DNA of 64,000 bases from the NCBI RefSeq assembly GCF_036321535.1, contig NC_087436.1, positions 18,166,001-18,230,000 on the forward strand. Reading direction: 5' to 3'. This DNA comes from Camelus dromedarius (taxonomy: Eukaryota). This document shows, in pieces, positions 13,023-25,300 of the stretch. The position numbers were made by a program, and so were the translations under genes. Position 1 is the first letter of the stretch. The number at the start of each line of letters is the position of its first letter. The notes under the pieces were generated by a model. It searched no databases. It was given only the letters and a program-made list of their open reading frames with translations, and had not been told where the DNA came from.

Positions 13023-13030
13023 AAGCCATA
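13023..13030 (+). promoter_or_regulatory. miR-135 8mer site 2
   Basis: AAGCCATA. Confidence 0.75.
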
Positions 13031-13159
13031 TTCTAAATTCACTGTTGAATGCCTGTCCCAGTCCAAATTGTCTGTCTGCTCTTATTTTTGTACCATATTG
13101 CTCTTAAAAAATCTTGGTTTGGTACAATTCATAATTCACCAAAACTTCTTCATATAATT

Positions 13160-13299
13160 NNNNNNNNNNNNNNNNNNNNNNNNNNNNNNNNNNNNNNNNN
13201 NNNNNNNNNNNNNNNNNNNNNNNNNNNNNNNNNNNNNNNNNNNNNNNNNNNNNNNNNNNNNNNNNNNNNNNNNNNNNNNNNNNNNNNNNNNNNNNNNNN
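13160..13299. other. Assembly gap, probably hiding the NR3C2 poly(A) signal
   Basis: 140 N directly after UTR-terminal-like sequence; the hidden signal is an inference. Confidence 0.9.
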
Positions 13300-14714
13300 A
13301 TTTGCACGTCTGTAGGAACATGTGGATTTTGTGCCCTTCTAAAATCCTGATTATATGCCTGTCTGCCTATACCCAAGATGGAGTCACCATTTTTCCCCCA
13401 TGTTAGAAAGCCCTGTGTTAGCCACATATTAATCATCCCCTTTGGGGACTGGCTAGATGTCGTGTTTCTTACTGCTGATACTTGGCTCCCTGAAATACCC
13501 TGTAACAATTTTGTAACAGTGATTGCTTCCCATGTCCCTGCTAAACACTGCATGTACATGGACTCATTTATCTTTCCAACCATGTGGACACTTGTTCGTT
13601 TTACAGACTTTGAGACTCACCTGAGTAGACCAGATGTCGCGTCTCATTCCCAGATCTTCCTGCATGCAGTGGAGTCTTGTTCCAGGTCCTCTTGGGTTAT
13701 CAAGAGACTCAATCGCCCAACAGCCGCAATGCAACTCACAGTCCTTTCAGGCTGCTCCGCTAGATCGCACTCATTAATAGGGACCACAAAAGAGCAGTAA
13801 GCAATTATCAGCTCATTTAAAAACTAGAAAATACCTCCCACAAGAGAAATTCATATCCATTTTTAATGTGATCGGTCAAACCAGAAGACTCTTTGAGAGT
13901 TAAACACAATTTCACTTTAACACAACTGATATATTTCTGAAACATATTTCTGAAACACAACATAGCCATGAAACAAAACATAGCCCAGGAAAATAAAAAT
14001 TCATTTAAAAAACTTTTGAGTTGTGTGCATCAATTTGTAAAACATCTATTATGAATGAAGGTAAATTTGTATCTTAAAGTGTATGCAGTCTGACCTGTCA
14101 GGGAGTAGGGTTTTTCACAGAGAGCCCCTCACTTCAAACAAGCCATCAAGGACTGTGAGGCTGCCGAGCTTGTGGGTGGGAGGTTCCACCGATGTGCACC
14201 CTTGGTTAAAGCAGGCGCCCTTCCTGAATAAAGCAGGCTCGGGCTTGGGTCAAGTGTGACTATATTTCTAAGAATGTCTAGAAGTGCTCTCAGGCCCAAA
14301 GAATCCAGCTACACATTTAATAATCACTAAGAACGAAGTGTCGGCCACTGAGACAGCCAGCCACACTGTATACCAAAGCAGTAAAAATTATGCATAGTGA
14401 TGCATATATAATTAGGAGTTTGCGTCTGAATGATGAATGTCCCTCAGGCAAATAGAAAACATCGTTCCTTTATGTTGAAGTCAGCTCCAACGTACTTTCT
14501 GATAAACTATAAACTGCAAGTGTACAACAGACCAAAATGACTTGATTACAAGTATCTCCGGCACTTGAATTTCAAGTCATCCAGTTGCTGGTACAGCAAT
14601 TTTCTTGGAAATAAAACAAGTGGCTTCCCAACAGCATTGAAGAAGAGAAGATTAAGATAAGAACTTAACATTCAGCATGGACCAAGACTGGATCCAAAGC
14701 GAAGTCAGTGATGG

Positions 14715-15130
14715 GGCAGAATAGCAAGACATCCCAAAACTGAGTGGTTTAAATCAACCATCGTTTATGATTTCTCATGAGTTAGCAGGCAGGGTAGGGG
14801 GTGTGGGGTTCTGCTGATGCGGCCAGGCTCAGATGGGTCGGGCCAGTCACCCTTCTGTGGGCAGCCTGCACCCAGCCGGTCTGGGATGGCTGTGCTCCAC
14901 GGGGCCTCACGTCCTCCAGCAGGCTAGCCTGGGCATATACTCGTGGTAGAAGCAAGGCTGTAAGAGAGACTGCTGAAAGGTACAGGCAGCGCTTTTCAAG
15001 CCCTTGCTTGCATCAAGTCAGCCTCTGTCCCAATGGCCAAAGCCACTTACAAGGTCAAGGCCAGTGTCAGCGTGGGAGGGCTTCACGGAAGGAGGGGTGA
15101 AATTTGGGATCATTCAACCCACGTACCACT
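14715..15130 (-). mobile_element. Old MaLR LTR (MLT1-like)
   Basis: CCCAAAACTGAGTGGTTTAAATCAACC...TCCTCCAGCAGGCTAGCCTGGGC...GTCCCAATGGCCAAAGC resemble MLT1 motifs; degraded. Confidence 0.65.
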
Positions 15131-16094
15131 CACGCCACGTTAGGTATTTTTTCAGACTTCGTTGTCAAAACAGTGATTGTCAAGTTTTCCGTGCTCTGAA
15201 AAACCTATTATGCCCCGGGCCAGTGAGGGTCGGTCGTGGCGCTAGTGAAAACTGGCTTGAGCTGAGTCAGGTCGTGCTCCACCCACTCCCCCGAGCTATT
15301 CCGCCTACAGTGTTTCCTCAGCTGCCAAACCCTCCAAGGAAGGAAAAATCCAGACACTAACGCATGGGACCGAGCTGCCGAAATGAACCCCGTGCACCTA
15401 CTGCCCGAGTCCAAAGCGCATGTCTCTCGTTTGGACAAGAATCAAAAGTCTGCTTTCCAATCAAGCTGATCTTCTGATAGGAAAGAATTCTCCAAGATAG
15501 TCTACCCAGCAGATTGAGACACTTTTAGCCCAGACGTTAAAGCATTAGGAGCATGTGCCAGGATACCCAGATGGGGCAGCAATAAATTACTGCCCAGGCC
15601 AGGCAAGGAAAAAGAGTGCTGACAAGCATCAGAGAAGACATTTGCAGAACCAGGACCGGGGAAGCTGTTTGAGGACACTCTCCTGGAATAACTTCCTCCA
15701 GCAGGAGGGAGGAAAGAAAGTTGGGTGGCTCAAGAAGATCTCAAGGGCCTTGGAAAACATCTGGCTGAGGAAGGAGTCACTGAGACTGGCTTTGAGAGAC
15801 TCGAGGGGAGGACCAGGAAGAAGTTGGGAAGGGGCCCAGAACTGAAGCAAACGGGGAACAAAGACAAAACTAAGATGAAAGAGGCAAGATGTGCACTTAG
15901 GAAGGCAGGGAAAGGCCGAACGATGTAGGCACGGCCTTGGCGATGGTACGCTGGAGGTAAAGCAGAGGGTGGCTGGAGATGAGAAGAGGGACAGAGACTG
16001 ACCCCCCCCACCACCACGTACCCTGCCGGCTCCCTCCTCCCACCTCCCGCGTTCACTAAATCATCTCTCTCGCCTTGTACCCTTCAGGCACTTA

Positions 16095-16205
16095 ACAGCA
16101 TCATTTGTCACAACGTCCCAGGGAGGTTGGTACCACTCTCTCCATTTCACGGAAGGAAAGTGAAGCATAACGAGGTCAAGTGAACTTGCCCAAGGTCACT
16201 AAGGT
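16095..16205. mobile_element. MIR SINE fragment
   Basis: CCATTTCACGGAAGGAAAGTGAAGCATAACGAGGTCAAGTGAACTTGCCCAAGGTCAC is the MIR core. Confidence 0.75.
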
Positions 16206-16274
16206 ATAAAATAATGAAAATAGGATTTCACAATAGGTGGTTGTTTTTTAACTCAAAACACGCACTTTTAGCCC

Positions 16275-16712
16275 ATTTTAGTTTCCTAGAACTACCGTCA
16301 AGAGGTACTACAAACTGGGTGGCTGAAAAACAACAGAAAGGTTCTGTCTCCCAGTTTGGGAGGCTAGAAGTCTCAGATCATCAGGGTTGGTTCCTTCCAA
16401 AGACCGTGAGGAGGATCTATTCCAAGGCCCCCTCTCCTTGGCTCACACATGGCCACCTTCTCCCTGTGTCTCTTTGCACTCCCTTCCCTCTCTGCTTGTC
16501 TCAGCGCCCAAATCTCCCCTCTTTAGAAGGACACCAGTCATCCTGGATTAGAGCCCAACCCTAGAGACCTCATCTTAACTAATTACATCTGCAATGATCC
16601 TGTGTGCCAAATGAGGTCATATTCTGAGGTCCGGGGTCGGGGGGGAGTTAGGACTTCAACAAATGAATTTTGTAAAAGGCAGGGTAGGGGGCACAACTCA
16701 ACTCATAGCTCC
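16275..16712 (-). mobile_element. MaLR LTR (MLT1A-C-like)
   Basis: TTAGTTTCCT...ACAAACTGGGTGGCTGAAAAACAACAGAAA...GGAGGCTAGAAGTC...AAGGACACCAGTCAT...GGATTAGAGCCCAACCCTA...ACCTCATCTTAACTAATTACATCTGCAA. Confidence 0.85.
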
Positions 16713-17439
16713 TACAGGCCCCCAGAGGCAGGACAGTAGAACAGAAAGAACATCTGACTAGCTTATTGAACCTGAACAAAGCTCTTCGCTCGTGAAAGCT
16801 TCCATTAAAATGGGATCACTCCCCTGGCTCAGTCAGTCCCCGTGCTCCACTGCCCTCCCCACCCGTACCCCCAGCTGCAGATGTTTCTGCGCAGGTTACA
16901 GCTCCCATAGGCCATTTGGCTCTGTTCTCACCTGGCATCTCTTTTACAAGCACAGAGACACCCCAGGGCCAGCCCTTGGTGACACCATCACATGCCAGGC
17001 CCCTGAGCATCCTCTCTTGCCCAGAGGGTCCCACCCCCACCCATCGTGCCTCTGGAAGAACACAGGCTGAGATGTCTAACCCAAGGGGGGCCTGAGCAAC
17101 ATGCTCGGGATCAGCCACCCCCATGCAGCAAAAACACAGGAAAAATACCCCTTCCCCACTGCTCCACTTCTCACCTGGAGAAATGAAGTTCTGCCAGTGG
17201 AAGAGAACAGCTCCTGACCCCATCACGAAGCAGCCTCTGGGCCTGGACCAAAGGGAAGCCCCCCGGCCAGGGGCCTTGGCCGGCCCAGCCACACGGGTCC
17301 TATAGGCAGAGGAAGACACCCTTCCCTCACCTGTCTGAGGCTTCATTCCCACCCCACTGTCATCCTATAGCACCCAGATGTCCCTGATGACAAAAATACA
17401 GGTGAACCACAGTAGGAACAGTACAGGGAACAGCACTGC

Positions 17440-17610
17440 CCACTAACTGAGCACGTACTAAGTACAGGGCACACTACTTACATTCAGTCACTTTGGCCCC
17501 AAACCTCCAAGTACTGTTATCTTCTTAGGAGGCAGTGACAGAATCATAGTCAACTTAATTTGTCCAAAACCGCACGAGTAGCCAGACTTAGCAGAAACCT
17601 CCATGACCAC
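17440..17610. mobile_element. Degraded MIR/L2 fragment
   Basis: ACTGAGCACGTACTAAGTACAGGGCACTA and AACTTAATTTGTCCAAAACC resemble MIR motifs. Confidence 0.45.
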
Positions 17611-18974
17611 GTGAGTGGTAACAAACACACTTTGGCAGTAGAGAACAGTTTGGGGGCAACAGCAGGTTGGGGGCACCTGTGAATGACGGAATCTTCCTCA
17701 GGCAGGTAAAGGAATCAAGTCCCAGTATGGGGGGTCTTATTTCTACTGCCCTATGGATACACACCAGTTCAGAACACTGCCTGGACTCACTCCCAGCGCT
17801 CACCTGGCCCCACTCCCTGTAACTGCCCACAGGCTTGCATTTTCCCAGAGAAACGGGAAAGTTTGTCACAAGCCAAGTTTCTCACCGGCCAAGTCTCCCC
17901 TCTACGTCCCTAAGCAGCGGGCAAGGGCTGGAAGTATAACTCAGAGGACACTCGGGATTCTGCCACACCCCCACCGCCTAGCCGGGTCCAGCCCTCAGCT
18001 CAGGGCTGGTCACTGTCCTGAGGCCCTGGGCTCCTCAGCTGTCCCAGTGCTCTCCACCGGGCCCCCAGTTCAGTATTTTAATTACACTGCATGGAGACTG
18101 TCCTTACCTTTATGTAGAACATGGATACTTTTCAACAGGCCTATTCCCCTGTGCACACCTGACCCCAAACTTGACACCTTACATGGTCCAGGGGAGGCGG
18201 CTTCCAACCTGATTACCAGCGCTCTTGAATCAGCTCACCTGGGGAAGAGGAGACAGACACATCCTTTGTGATAATCTTAGGGGAGAACTCTGATGGGCCG
18301 AGGAGCCTCCCATAGGGAAGAGAGACGTGCCAGACCCCCAGAGCAGACCCGGCTTCAGAATCCTGAGGCCCCTAAAAACAAGCTCCACGTTGCAGGGACT
18401 CCAGACTGGGGACAGAGAAGTCCTCCACTTCCAGGAGAGGCTGCGACTATGCCTGTGACTCGGAGGCTGGAAGACAGAGGAAGAAGCATCAGGGCGGGGC
18501 CCAGGCATGGCAGGGGGTCCTCCAGGAAGAGTCCAAATGCCTGACCTGCTCCCTGCAGCCCGGCTCAATCTGGATGGAGAGATTAGCGCTGAGGCCTGGA
18601 AAACAGAGGGAGTGAGGGTGGGGTGAGGACACAGTGACACACTGAGGCTGGCAGGGAGGGCTGGCCTCCACAGCACACACCCAAACCCCTAGGGGGCAGC
18701 GCCACGGCCCCATCCTGGTCAGGACTCACGCAGGTCACGGGGAAAGGTCTGTCCAGGCGGCTAGAGGGGTGTCTGCCGGGATCTCACGCATCAGAGAGGC
18801 TGCTGACTCCAGAAACACACCCTGCTCTGAGTAAGCAAGGCTCCTCATTCATCGGTTCTACCTGTGAGCATGGCCCAACCTCAGGGGAAAGTGAGCTTCC
18901 ATCGGGGGGCTGCCAAACCATGACATGGTACAGGGAGGGAGTCCACAACCTCTTCCCCGCGGTAGGACACAGAT

Positions 18975-19619
18975 CCAAGAGTGAATTCTGTTTTATTTCA
19001 TGTACAGACAACTTGGGGCAGAAAGGGGGTGTCTGGAAGCACACAGGTGAGCAGCACGGAGAAGCGTGCTGTGAATCCGCCGGTGCCTGAAGTTCAGTGA
19101 GCACGGGGTCCCCAGAGCAGCCATCCGGGGAGGAGTGTCTGGGTTTAGACCAATGCGTCGCCCACCCGCCAGCAGCAGCCTCCAGAGCTGAGCGCGAGCG
19201 CATCCAGCCAGCACAGCTCTCTTTCCCATCTGGCGGCAGGTGCGTGGGGAGGTGTCTGGGGGTGCAGCCGCCAGTGGGAGAGGTGGGCCGGCAGAAGGCT
19301 GTCCTCCCTCTCTCACTCTCCAAACCGGGTAATTAAAAACCACAAGTCCCAAGGCTTGACAAATGAAAAGTCCGTCCTGTTAATCCTGACACTCTTCTCC
19401 GCCACACAGACCTGCAAGATTCTGTGCAGGGCATCTCCCTCCTCCCACCTCGAGCAGTGTGTCCCCCACCCCCTGACCCTGGAGTGGCAATCTGTGATCT
19501 GTCATTCCTGCGTGTCCAGGTGGCTGTGGGTTCCGCCCGGGAGGAAGATGGCAGCTCGTTGCCCCCAGGCAGGTCCTTGGGGGCCAGGGTCTGCGCGGGG
19601 GGCCCCCACGGGCCCAGCG
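18975..19619 (-). other. ARHGAP10: ARHGAP10 3'UTR (3' end approximate)
   Basis: Lies between the TAG stop and the first downstream AATAAA on the - strand. Confidence 0.75.
18992..18997 (-). terminator. ARHGAP10: ARHGAP10 polyadenylation signal AATAAA
   Basis: TTTATT on the + strand, about 620 nt past the stop codon. Confidence 0.8.
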
Positions 19620-19708
19620 CTACAGCAGCTTGACGTAGTTCTGTGGAATCAGCCCCCTCTTGCCATTCAAAGTCCCTTCCAGCCAGCCAGGTTCCCTTGA
19701 CGTTTGCA
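19620..19708 (-). CDS. ARHGAP10: Rho GTPase-activating protein 10 (GRAF2), last coding exon (SH3 C-terminal half)
   Basis: Acceptor TTTCTCTTCCTTTTCAG; 89 nt; (V)QTSREPGWLEGTLNGKRGLIPQNYVKLL*. Contains the SH3 GW and GLIPxNYV motifs; the phase matches the upstream exon. Confidence 0.97.
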
Positions 19709-19869
19709 CTGAAAAGGAAGAGAAATCCCTTTTTACCAAAATGCCCCCAAAGTACTTGCTTCCTGTGAGTTCACTATTTGGCTCGGCACCTTAAAGGTTC
19801 AACCAATACCGAACAGGGGCCATTTCTGGGATGTCTGGGCACAAATCTTCCCAAGAGTTATTTATAGGT

Positions 19870-20280
19870 GCCCCCTGGCCATCACAGCCTCCTAACTGGT
19901 CCCCCAGCTTCCAGTCAGGCTCCTTCCAACCCACACTGCACAAAGGAGCTCAGTGAACTTTCCAGAATGCACAACTGATCACAGCATCCCCCTGCTTAAA
20001 GTCCACCATATGCAGGAACAAACCCAAGCTTCCATGAGTCTGGCACACAGGCACCTGGCCCTGCCACCTCCCCAGCCTCCCCTTACTCTGCCCAAAAGCA
20101 CAGCATCTGGGTCACAGGCAGGGAATCATCTGAAGATATCCTCGACCGTGCCACTGGGCCTTTGCACGTGCAGTGCCTTCTACTGGCATACCTTTCCGCC
20201 ACTTCTTCACTGGGGAATTCTTCCTTTTTAGAGAACTCTAGATGCCTTCTCCTCCAGGGAATCTGCCTCAGCCATTCTCA
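19870..20280 (+). mobile_element. L2 LINE fragment
   Basis: AGCCTCCTAACTGGTCCCCCAGCTTCCAGT...CTTTCCAGAATGCACAACTGATCACAGCATCCCCCTGCTTAAA...GGGCCTTTGCACGTGCAGTGCCTTCTACTGG. Confidence 0.75.
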
Positions 20281-21631
20281 GCACTTACAGGCCTGACTGT
20301 CCTCGTCTGGGCTCTTGTCTGACTGCCACCCTGGATGGGGAGCTCTGGAGGGCAAGGCAAGGGCTTCCACACCAGGGTACAGCACCTGGCACACTGCACG
20401 TTCCATAAGCAGCCATGACGGGTACATAGAGGATGACTGTGGGCTGGATGGCAAAGGGCACAGGGTCCCAGCACTTGTCACCAGGGCTGGGGAGCACTTA
20501 ATGGCCCCCAGCTGTGGCCATGGCCACAGCCAGGAGCAGACGTGGTGGCCACATGCCTAGGACAAAGGGGAGAGGTGGGCTGGCCCAGCTGACTGGCCCA
20601 GGGGCTGGCTGCACGCGGCAGCCGTGGTCACAAGCCCTCAGAGCCATGACGACCACAGGACTGATACTGAGGACACAGACACATGCCTGACACACACACG
20701 TCCCAAGACAACGCTTCTCTCACTATGTGCAGTGCACTCTGTTCTATTACTGTTCAGTGCCCTCTTCAACTCAGCAATGGCGCTGGAAGCCCACTCGGTG
20801 TAGCAGCCCGCAGTCGGACCTGTGCATGCTGCTCCTCTGCTCTCCTGCCCCGCTTCTGCCTGGACCACACCTCCTCAGCCTTCAGCTACCAGCTTAGGTA
20901 GCCCCTCCCCCCAAGCCCACGCCCAACACCCCAGACCGGGTCAGAGCCCCCATATGTGCACCCTGCACACTCCCTGTGTGTTGGGTGGGGGGTGAGACAG
21001 ACACGCACAGGGACTCTCCCGGCTCGCCCAGGCTCTAACATAAGATGCCGGCATTCCCCGGCACAGGGCCTGACCATGAGCATTTGCCAAAAGGATGAAC
21101 AAACAAGAGAAGGGGAGCTGCGCCCTCCAGGTGTCTTTCTTGGTACTGTCACTGACCTTCACCCTGACCTCGCTCCTCATGGCAGGATTTTTAAAGGCTG
21201 TCACTTAATCCTGCACTGGCAATGCCACCAGAGCTCAGTGCCCGTCAGGGAAGGGGGCTGGATTCCATGGGAAAGGTGCCCAGGGATCCTGCCCAAGGAG
21301 CTCCCTGACTCAAGCATTCCTGGAGGTGGTGACCGTGGGAAAGGAATGTGGACAATTCCTCCTCATTCCCTGATGTCCAGATGCCACCTGGCCACCATCT
21401 CCTGCGGGGACAGGGCAGATCGGTAGCTCCAGGCCCCACACCAAGGGGCTGCATACTGAACGCTCCCAGACACATGGCAGACAGAACTGCATCCCCTCAG
21501 CACGCACTGGGACCACCTCTGCCACAGACCCTGTCCAGCCACCTCCCAGCTGTGTGGCCCTGGGCGAGTCCCACATCTGTACGGACCCAATGAGTACATG
21601 ATGAGCTACACCAATGCTCCCTGCTTTCATG

Positions 21632-22352
21632 ATTTTTTTAAATTGTGGTACAATACACATAACGTAACATCAACCATTTTAACCATTTCTGAATGCACAG
21701 GTCAGTGGCATTAAGTAACTGTATATACATTTTTAGAACTTTTTCATCTTCCCAAACTGAAACTCTGTACCCATTAAACCCTAACTCCCCATTCCCCCTT
21801 CCCTGAGCTCCTGGTAACCTTATTCTACTTTCTGTCTCTAGAGTGTGCCTCTTGTAAGTATTTCCTATCAGTGGACTCATACAACATTTGTCCTTCGGTG
21901 TCTGGGTTATCTCACCTAGCATAACGTGCTCCAGGTCCATCCAGGTTGGAGCGTGTGTCAGAATTTCATTCCTTTTATGGCTGAATATGCTCTTCTATGT
22001 ACAGACCACATAATGTTTATCCATCCATCTGTCACAGGACATTTGGGTTGCTTCTCCTCTGGCTATTGTGAATAATGCAGCTTCGAACATGTGTGTACAA
22101 GTTTCTGTTTGAGTTTCTGCTTTTGAGTCTTTGAGGTCTCTACCCAGAAGGGGAATTACTGGACTCTATGGTAATTCTAGGATTGATTTTTGAACACCTG
22201 CCATGCTGTTTTCCACAGCAGCTGCACCATTTTACATTCCCAGCAGCCATGCACAAGGGTTCCAATTTCTGCACACCCTTGCCAGCACTTGTCAGTTTTT
22301 GATAATAGCCATCCTAATGAGTGTAAGGTTCAATCTCACTGTGGCTTTTCAT
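21632..22352 (-). mobile_element. L1 3' end (L1MB-like)
   Basis: TTTTTTAAATTGTGGTACAATACACATAAC...CCATTTTAACCATTT; the minus ORF reads MDLEHVMLGEITQTPKDKCCMSPLI (L1 ORF2 C-terminus-like). Confidence 0.9.
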
Positions 22353-25300
22353 GTCCTTCCGATTTACCATCCAATAACAAGGACAGTGAACTAGTGACAA
22401 GAATAATTTGTGAGGTGCTTTCTCCAGAACAGAATCTGTTCTCAGTTTGGGGTATTTTTTTAGCATAATGTAAACAATATGAATGACAAACATCTAAATC
22501 ATCATAATACAACAAACAGTAGGAACCCACGCCTAACTTAAGAACTGCAGCATGGCCGATGTGGAGGCCTCCGTCCTGGGCTCATTCCTGCATCCCATCT
22601 CCCAACCTCACACCCTCCCTACCCCAAGAGGAGCAGCAGCTTCCATGCCGTATTTCTCATTCTCTTTTATTTAACATGATTTTCTAAGATTCCCTCATGT
22701 TAAGAATATACGTAGGAACACAAAGGTTAGGTCACGGGGTTTAGATGGATGAACTTTCTAAGATAATGCCAAACTATTTTCCAAAGATTACTCTTTATAT
22801 ATTGGAGGCCTTTTAATGGAATCATCAACAGCTTTTACAGATTAATCTGGGCCACTACTGTTTCCCCCCACAATGGACAGATCCTGTTTCCAGGTTAAAA
22901 ATAAGCAGTCTGGCAAGCCAGACAGCCCGTCTCCCCGCCTGGACTGGTGGGTCCAGCCGCTGCAGGGCCACTTATCTGGAGAGAGAACAGGACTGACTGG
23001 TCACCAGGGGAAAGTACTTCTGAGGTTTTCCAAGCCCAGGGAAAAGGGGAAGGTCCCCCATGGCAGTCACAGGAACACCGGCTGCCCTGAGACCTTATAC
23101 ATGCAACACCCCCTGAGGGATACGGGATGCACTTCCCCGGAACAAAGGCTAAACAAGCATTAGTGTGTCTACTCCAGAAATCAGTCTTCAGCCTCGACTT
23201 TAAACTCCAGTGCAGGCCCACACGGTAGGAGTGACTGAGCAAGGCGATCACTGAAGACCCTTTTCCCTTCCACACTCGGGGATAGATTTCCTACTGCTGT
23301 TTACATTTGCAACCACATAACTCCTGACAATGTGGCCCAGGGGACACTCTGACCTGGATCTTGTCTTCTCCAAAGGCCACTGGGCTTTTTAAACCAATTT
23401 CCTTTGTTGCCTGCAGGAGGGACAAGAGGGGACCATGAGGCAAGAGCATGTATGATCGCTGGAAGGCTCCACGTGAACAAGCAAACACAGGAAGAATGCC
23501 CTGGGCACTTCAGGGAGGCTGCGCACTGCTGGTCTGCAGAAAGGATGTATTCCTGGTGACCCTCCGGTGGCTGAGCTATAAACAGTGGCCACCTGGAGTG
23601 ACAGAAGCCGATGCCGGGCGAGCTGCCAGTCTGCCTGGCCTGCGGCGATCATCATCAGGACGGACCCACAGCCACTCTACGAGGCCATCACTAGACGTGC
23701 TCTGAGCAGGTAAACACTTCTAACTGCTTATTAAGTCTCGCTAAGCGATCAACTATGCACAGAAGATGAAGATGCAAAGTGCACAGAAAAGAATAAATCC
23801 TGCTAAAAGGTCTCCCCTTTTCTGTGTCCTTTAAGAACCACCCTGAGAAGCAGTCAGTCTGGTGACGTGGGTGCTGCGCGCATTCCCCGTGCATGTCTGC
23901 CACAGCAGGAGGACAGGGGAGGCGCCTGCAAGACTAGGAGCTCATGTGAGATGAGATGCTCGTGTGCTCATGTAGGGGGAGGGTGTCAATGCAACAAGCC
24001 ACCTCTGGAGCAGCCTGCCTGTGGGTAGGGTCTGAGGAACACTCGAGACTCCCTGGGTGCCCCAGCCGGCCACCCAGACAGCACTGGATACCAGCACCAC
24101 AGAGCCCCGAATCCGAGGCAGGCATGCCTGGGCTCAGAACAGATCCAGGTCCTCGGGGCGCCACATGAGGCTCTGTGGCCAACATTCTCCACAGATGTCT
24201 GCACGGAACTCGTGGCCCCAAATGCCGCCATGACGCATGGCCACCCATGGGAACACCCTTGTGGATCAGGGTGGAGAATCTGATGCAGGGAGAACTTAAG
24301 GAACTCATCCAGGGTCACACGGAAAGTGGAAAAGCCAATTTGATGTCAGGAAGATAAGTGCAGAGTTGACAATCCACAGCTACCTGCTGTCAACCACTCC
24401 TGTGTCCCCACAACACACAGATACAAGTAAGTGTGTGATGGTGTGTATGTGCATGCACACATGGACATGTATACAAAAATCAGAGAAAGAAACACATACA
24501 CACATGCTGTTTTATAGGAGGACTCCTGCAAGTCACCAGAGGACTTCAGAGGTGGGGAACTTCAGTCTCCCATGTCAGACACCTATCAGCCTTTCCCGAT
24601 ATCCATGCTGGCAGGATCGGATTTGGTTGAAGTCCTGAGCCCCATTCCCGTGTCTGTGTGCCCAGAGGAGGAGCCCCTGTGCCCAGTGTCGTGCTGATAG
24701 GTCTGAAGTCCTTGCCAGCAATGGGTTTAAGGTAAGCATATGACCTCACCTCTTTAGGGCAGGTAAATGAGGAAGGAAGTTCTGGAAAAGCTTTCTCATT
24801 CTTAAAAAGAAAAAAAAAGAAAGTAAGGATGAGGCGCCTCTTCAGAACTGGGGCAGCCATCCCCTCCACTGGGGAAACCAGCCAGAGGCTCTGGTCCACA
24901 AGCTGAGCACAGTTCAGCAGAGACAGACACTCTGCGGTCACTGACCACATCTCTGAGAATCTGATTAACTGAGCCTGGAGCTCCCCACTTGCAGACTTCT
25001 TCCTGTGTGAGTGAACCCGTTTTCATGACTGACTTGACCAGTGTTTGTTACTTGCAGCCAAAGGCACCCTACCAGATACACCTTCCACCCAGGTGACTGT
25101 CACACGGACGATACTGTATGGGGGTTCCAGAGGCTCCAGACAAGTGCTCATCACACAGGGTGAAAATTCATCGTCATTTCTCAAAGGCGGCTCGTCAACG
25201 CTCTCAGCTTTCCCTGGTGGAGAAATTGCCGTGTGGAGCGCCAACACGTGACAGGCCTGGTGCCAGGTGGCTATTAACCCCGCGCTCCCGGCAGAACCAC

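Larger units (their letters stand above)
10687..13299 (+). other. NR3C2: NR3C2 3'UTR; the end is inferred to lie in the gap at 13160-13299
   Basis: Repeat-free, AU-rich sequence after the stop that resembles the mammalian NR3C2 UTR as I recall it (AAGAACTTTGCCTTAAGTTTCCC...; ...CTTGGTTTGGTACAATTCATAATTCACC). No AATAAA is visible in the sequenced part before the last gap. Confidence 0.8.

Noticed and set aside
13931-13956. Tandem duplication (ATATTTCTGAAAC)x2
   Set aside because: An ordinary slippage-type duplication with no evident function.
13300-25300. CTCF or GRE/MRE sites around the convergent gene ends
   Set aside because: Only partial matches with core mismatches or wrong spacers were found by eye; a PWM scan would be needed.
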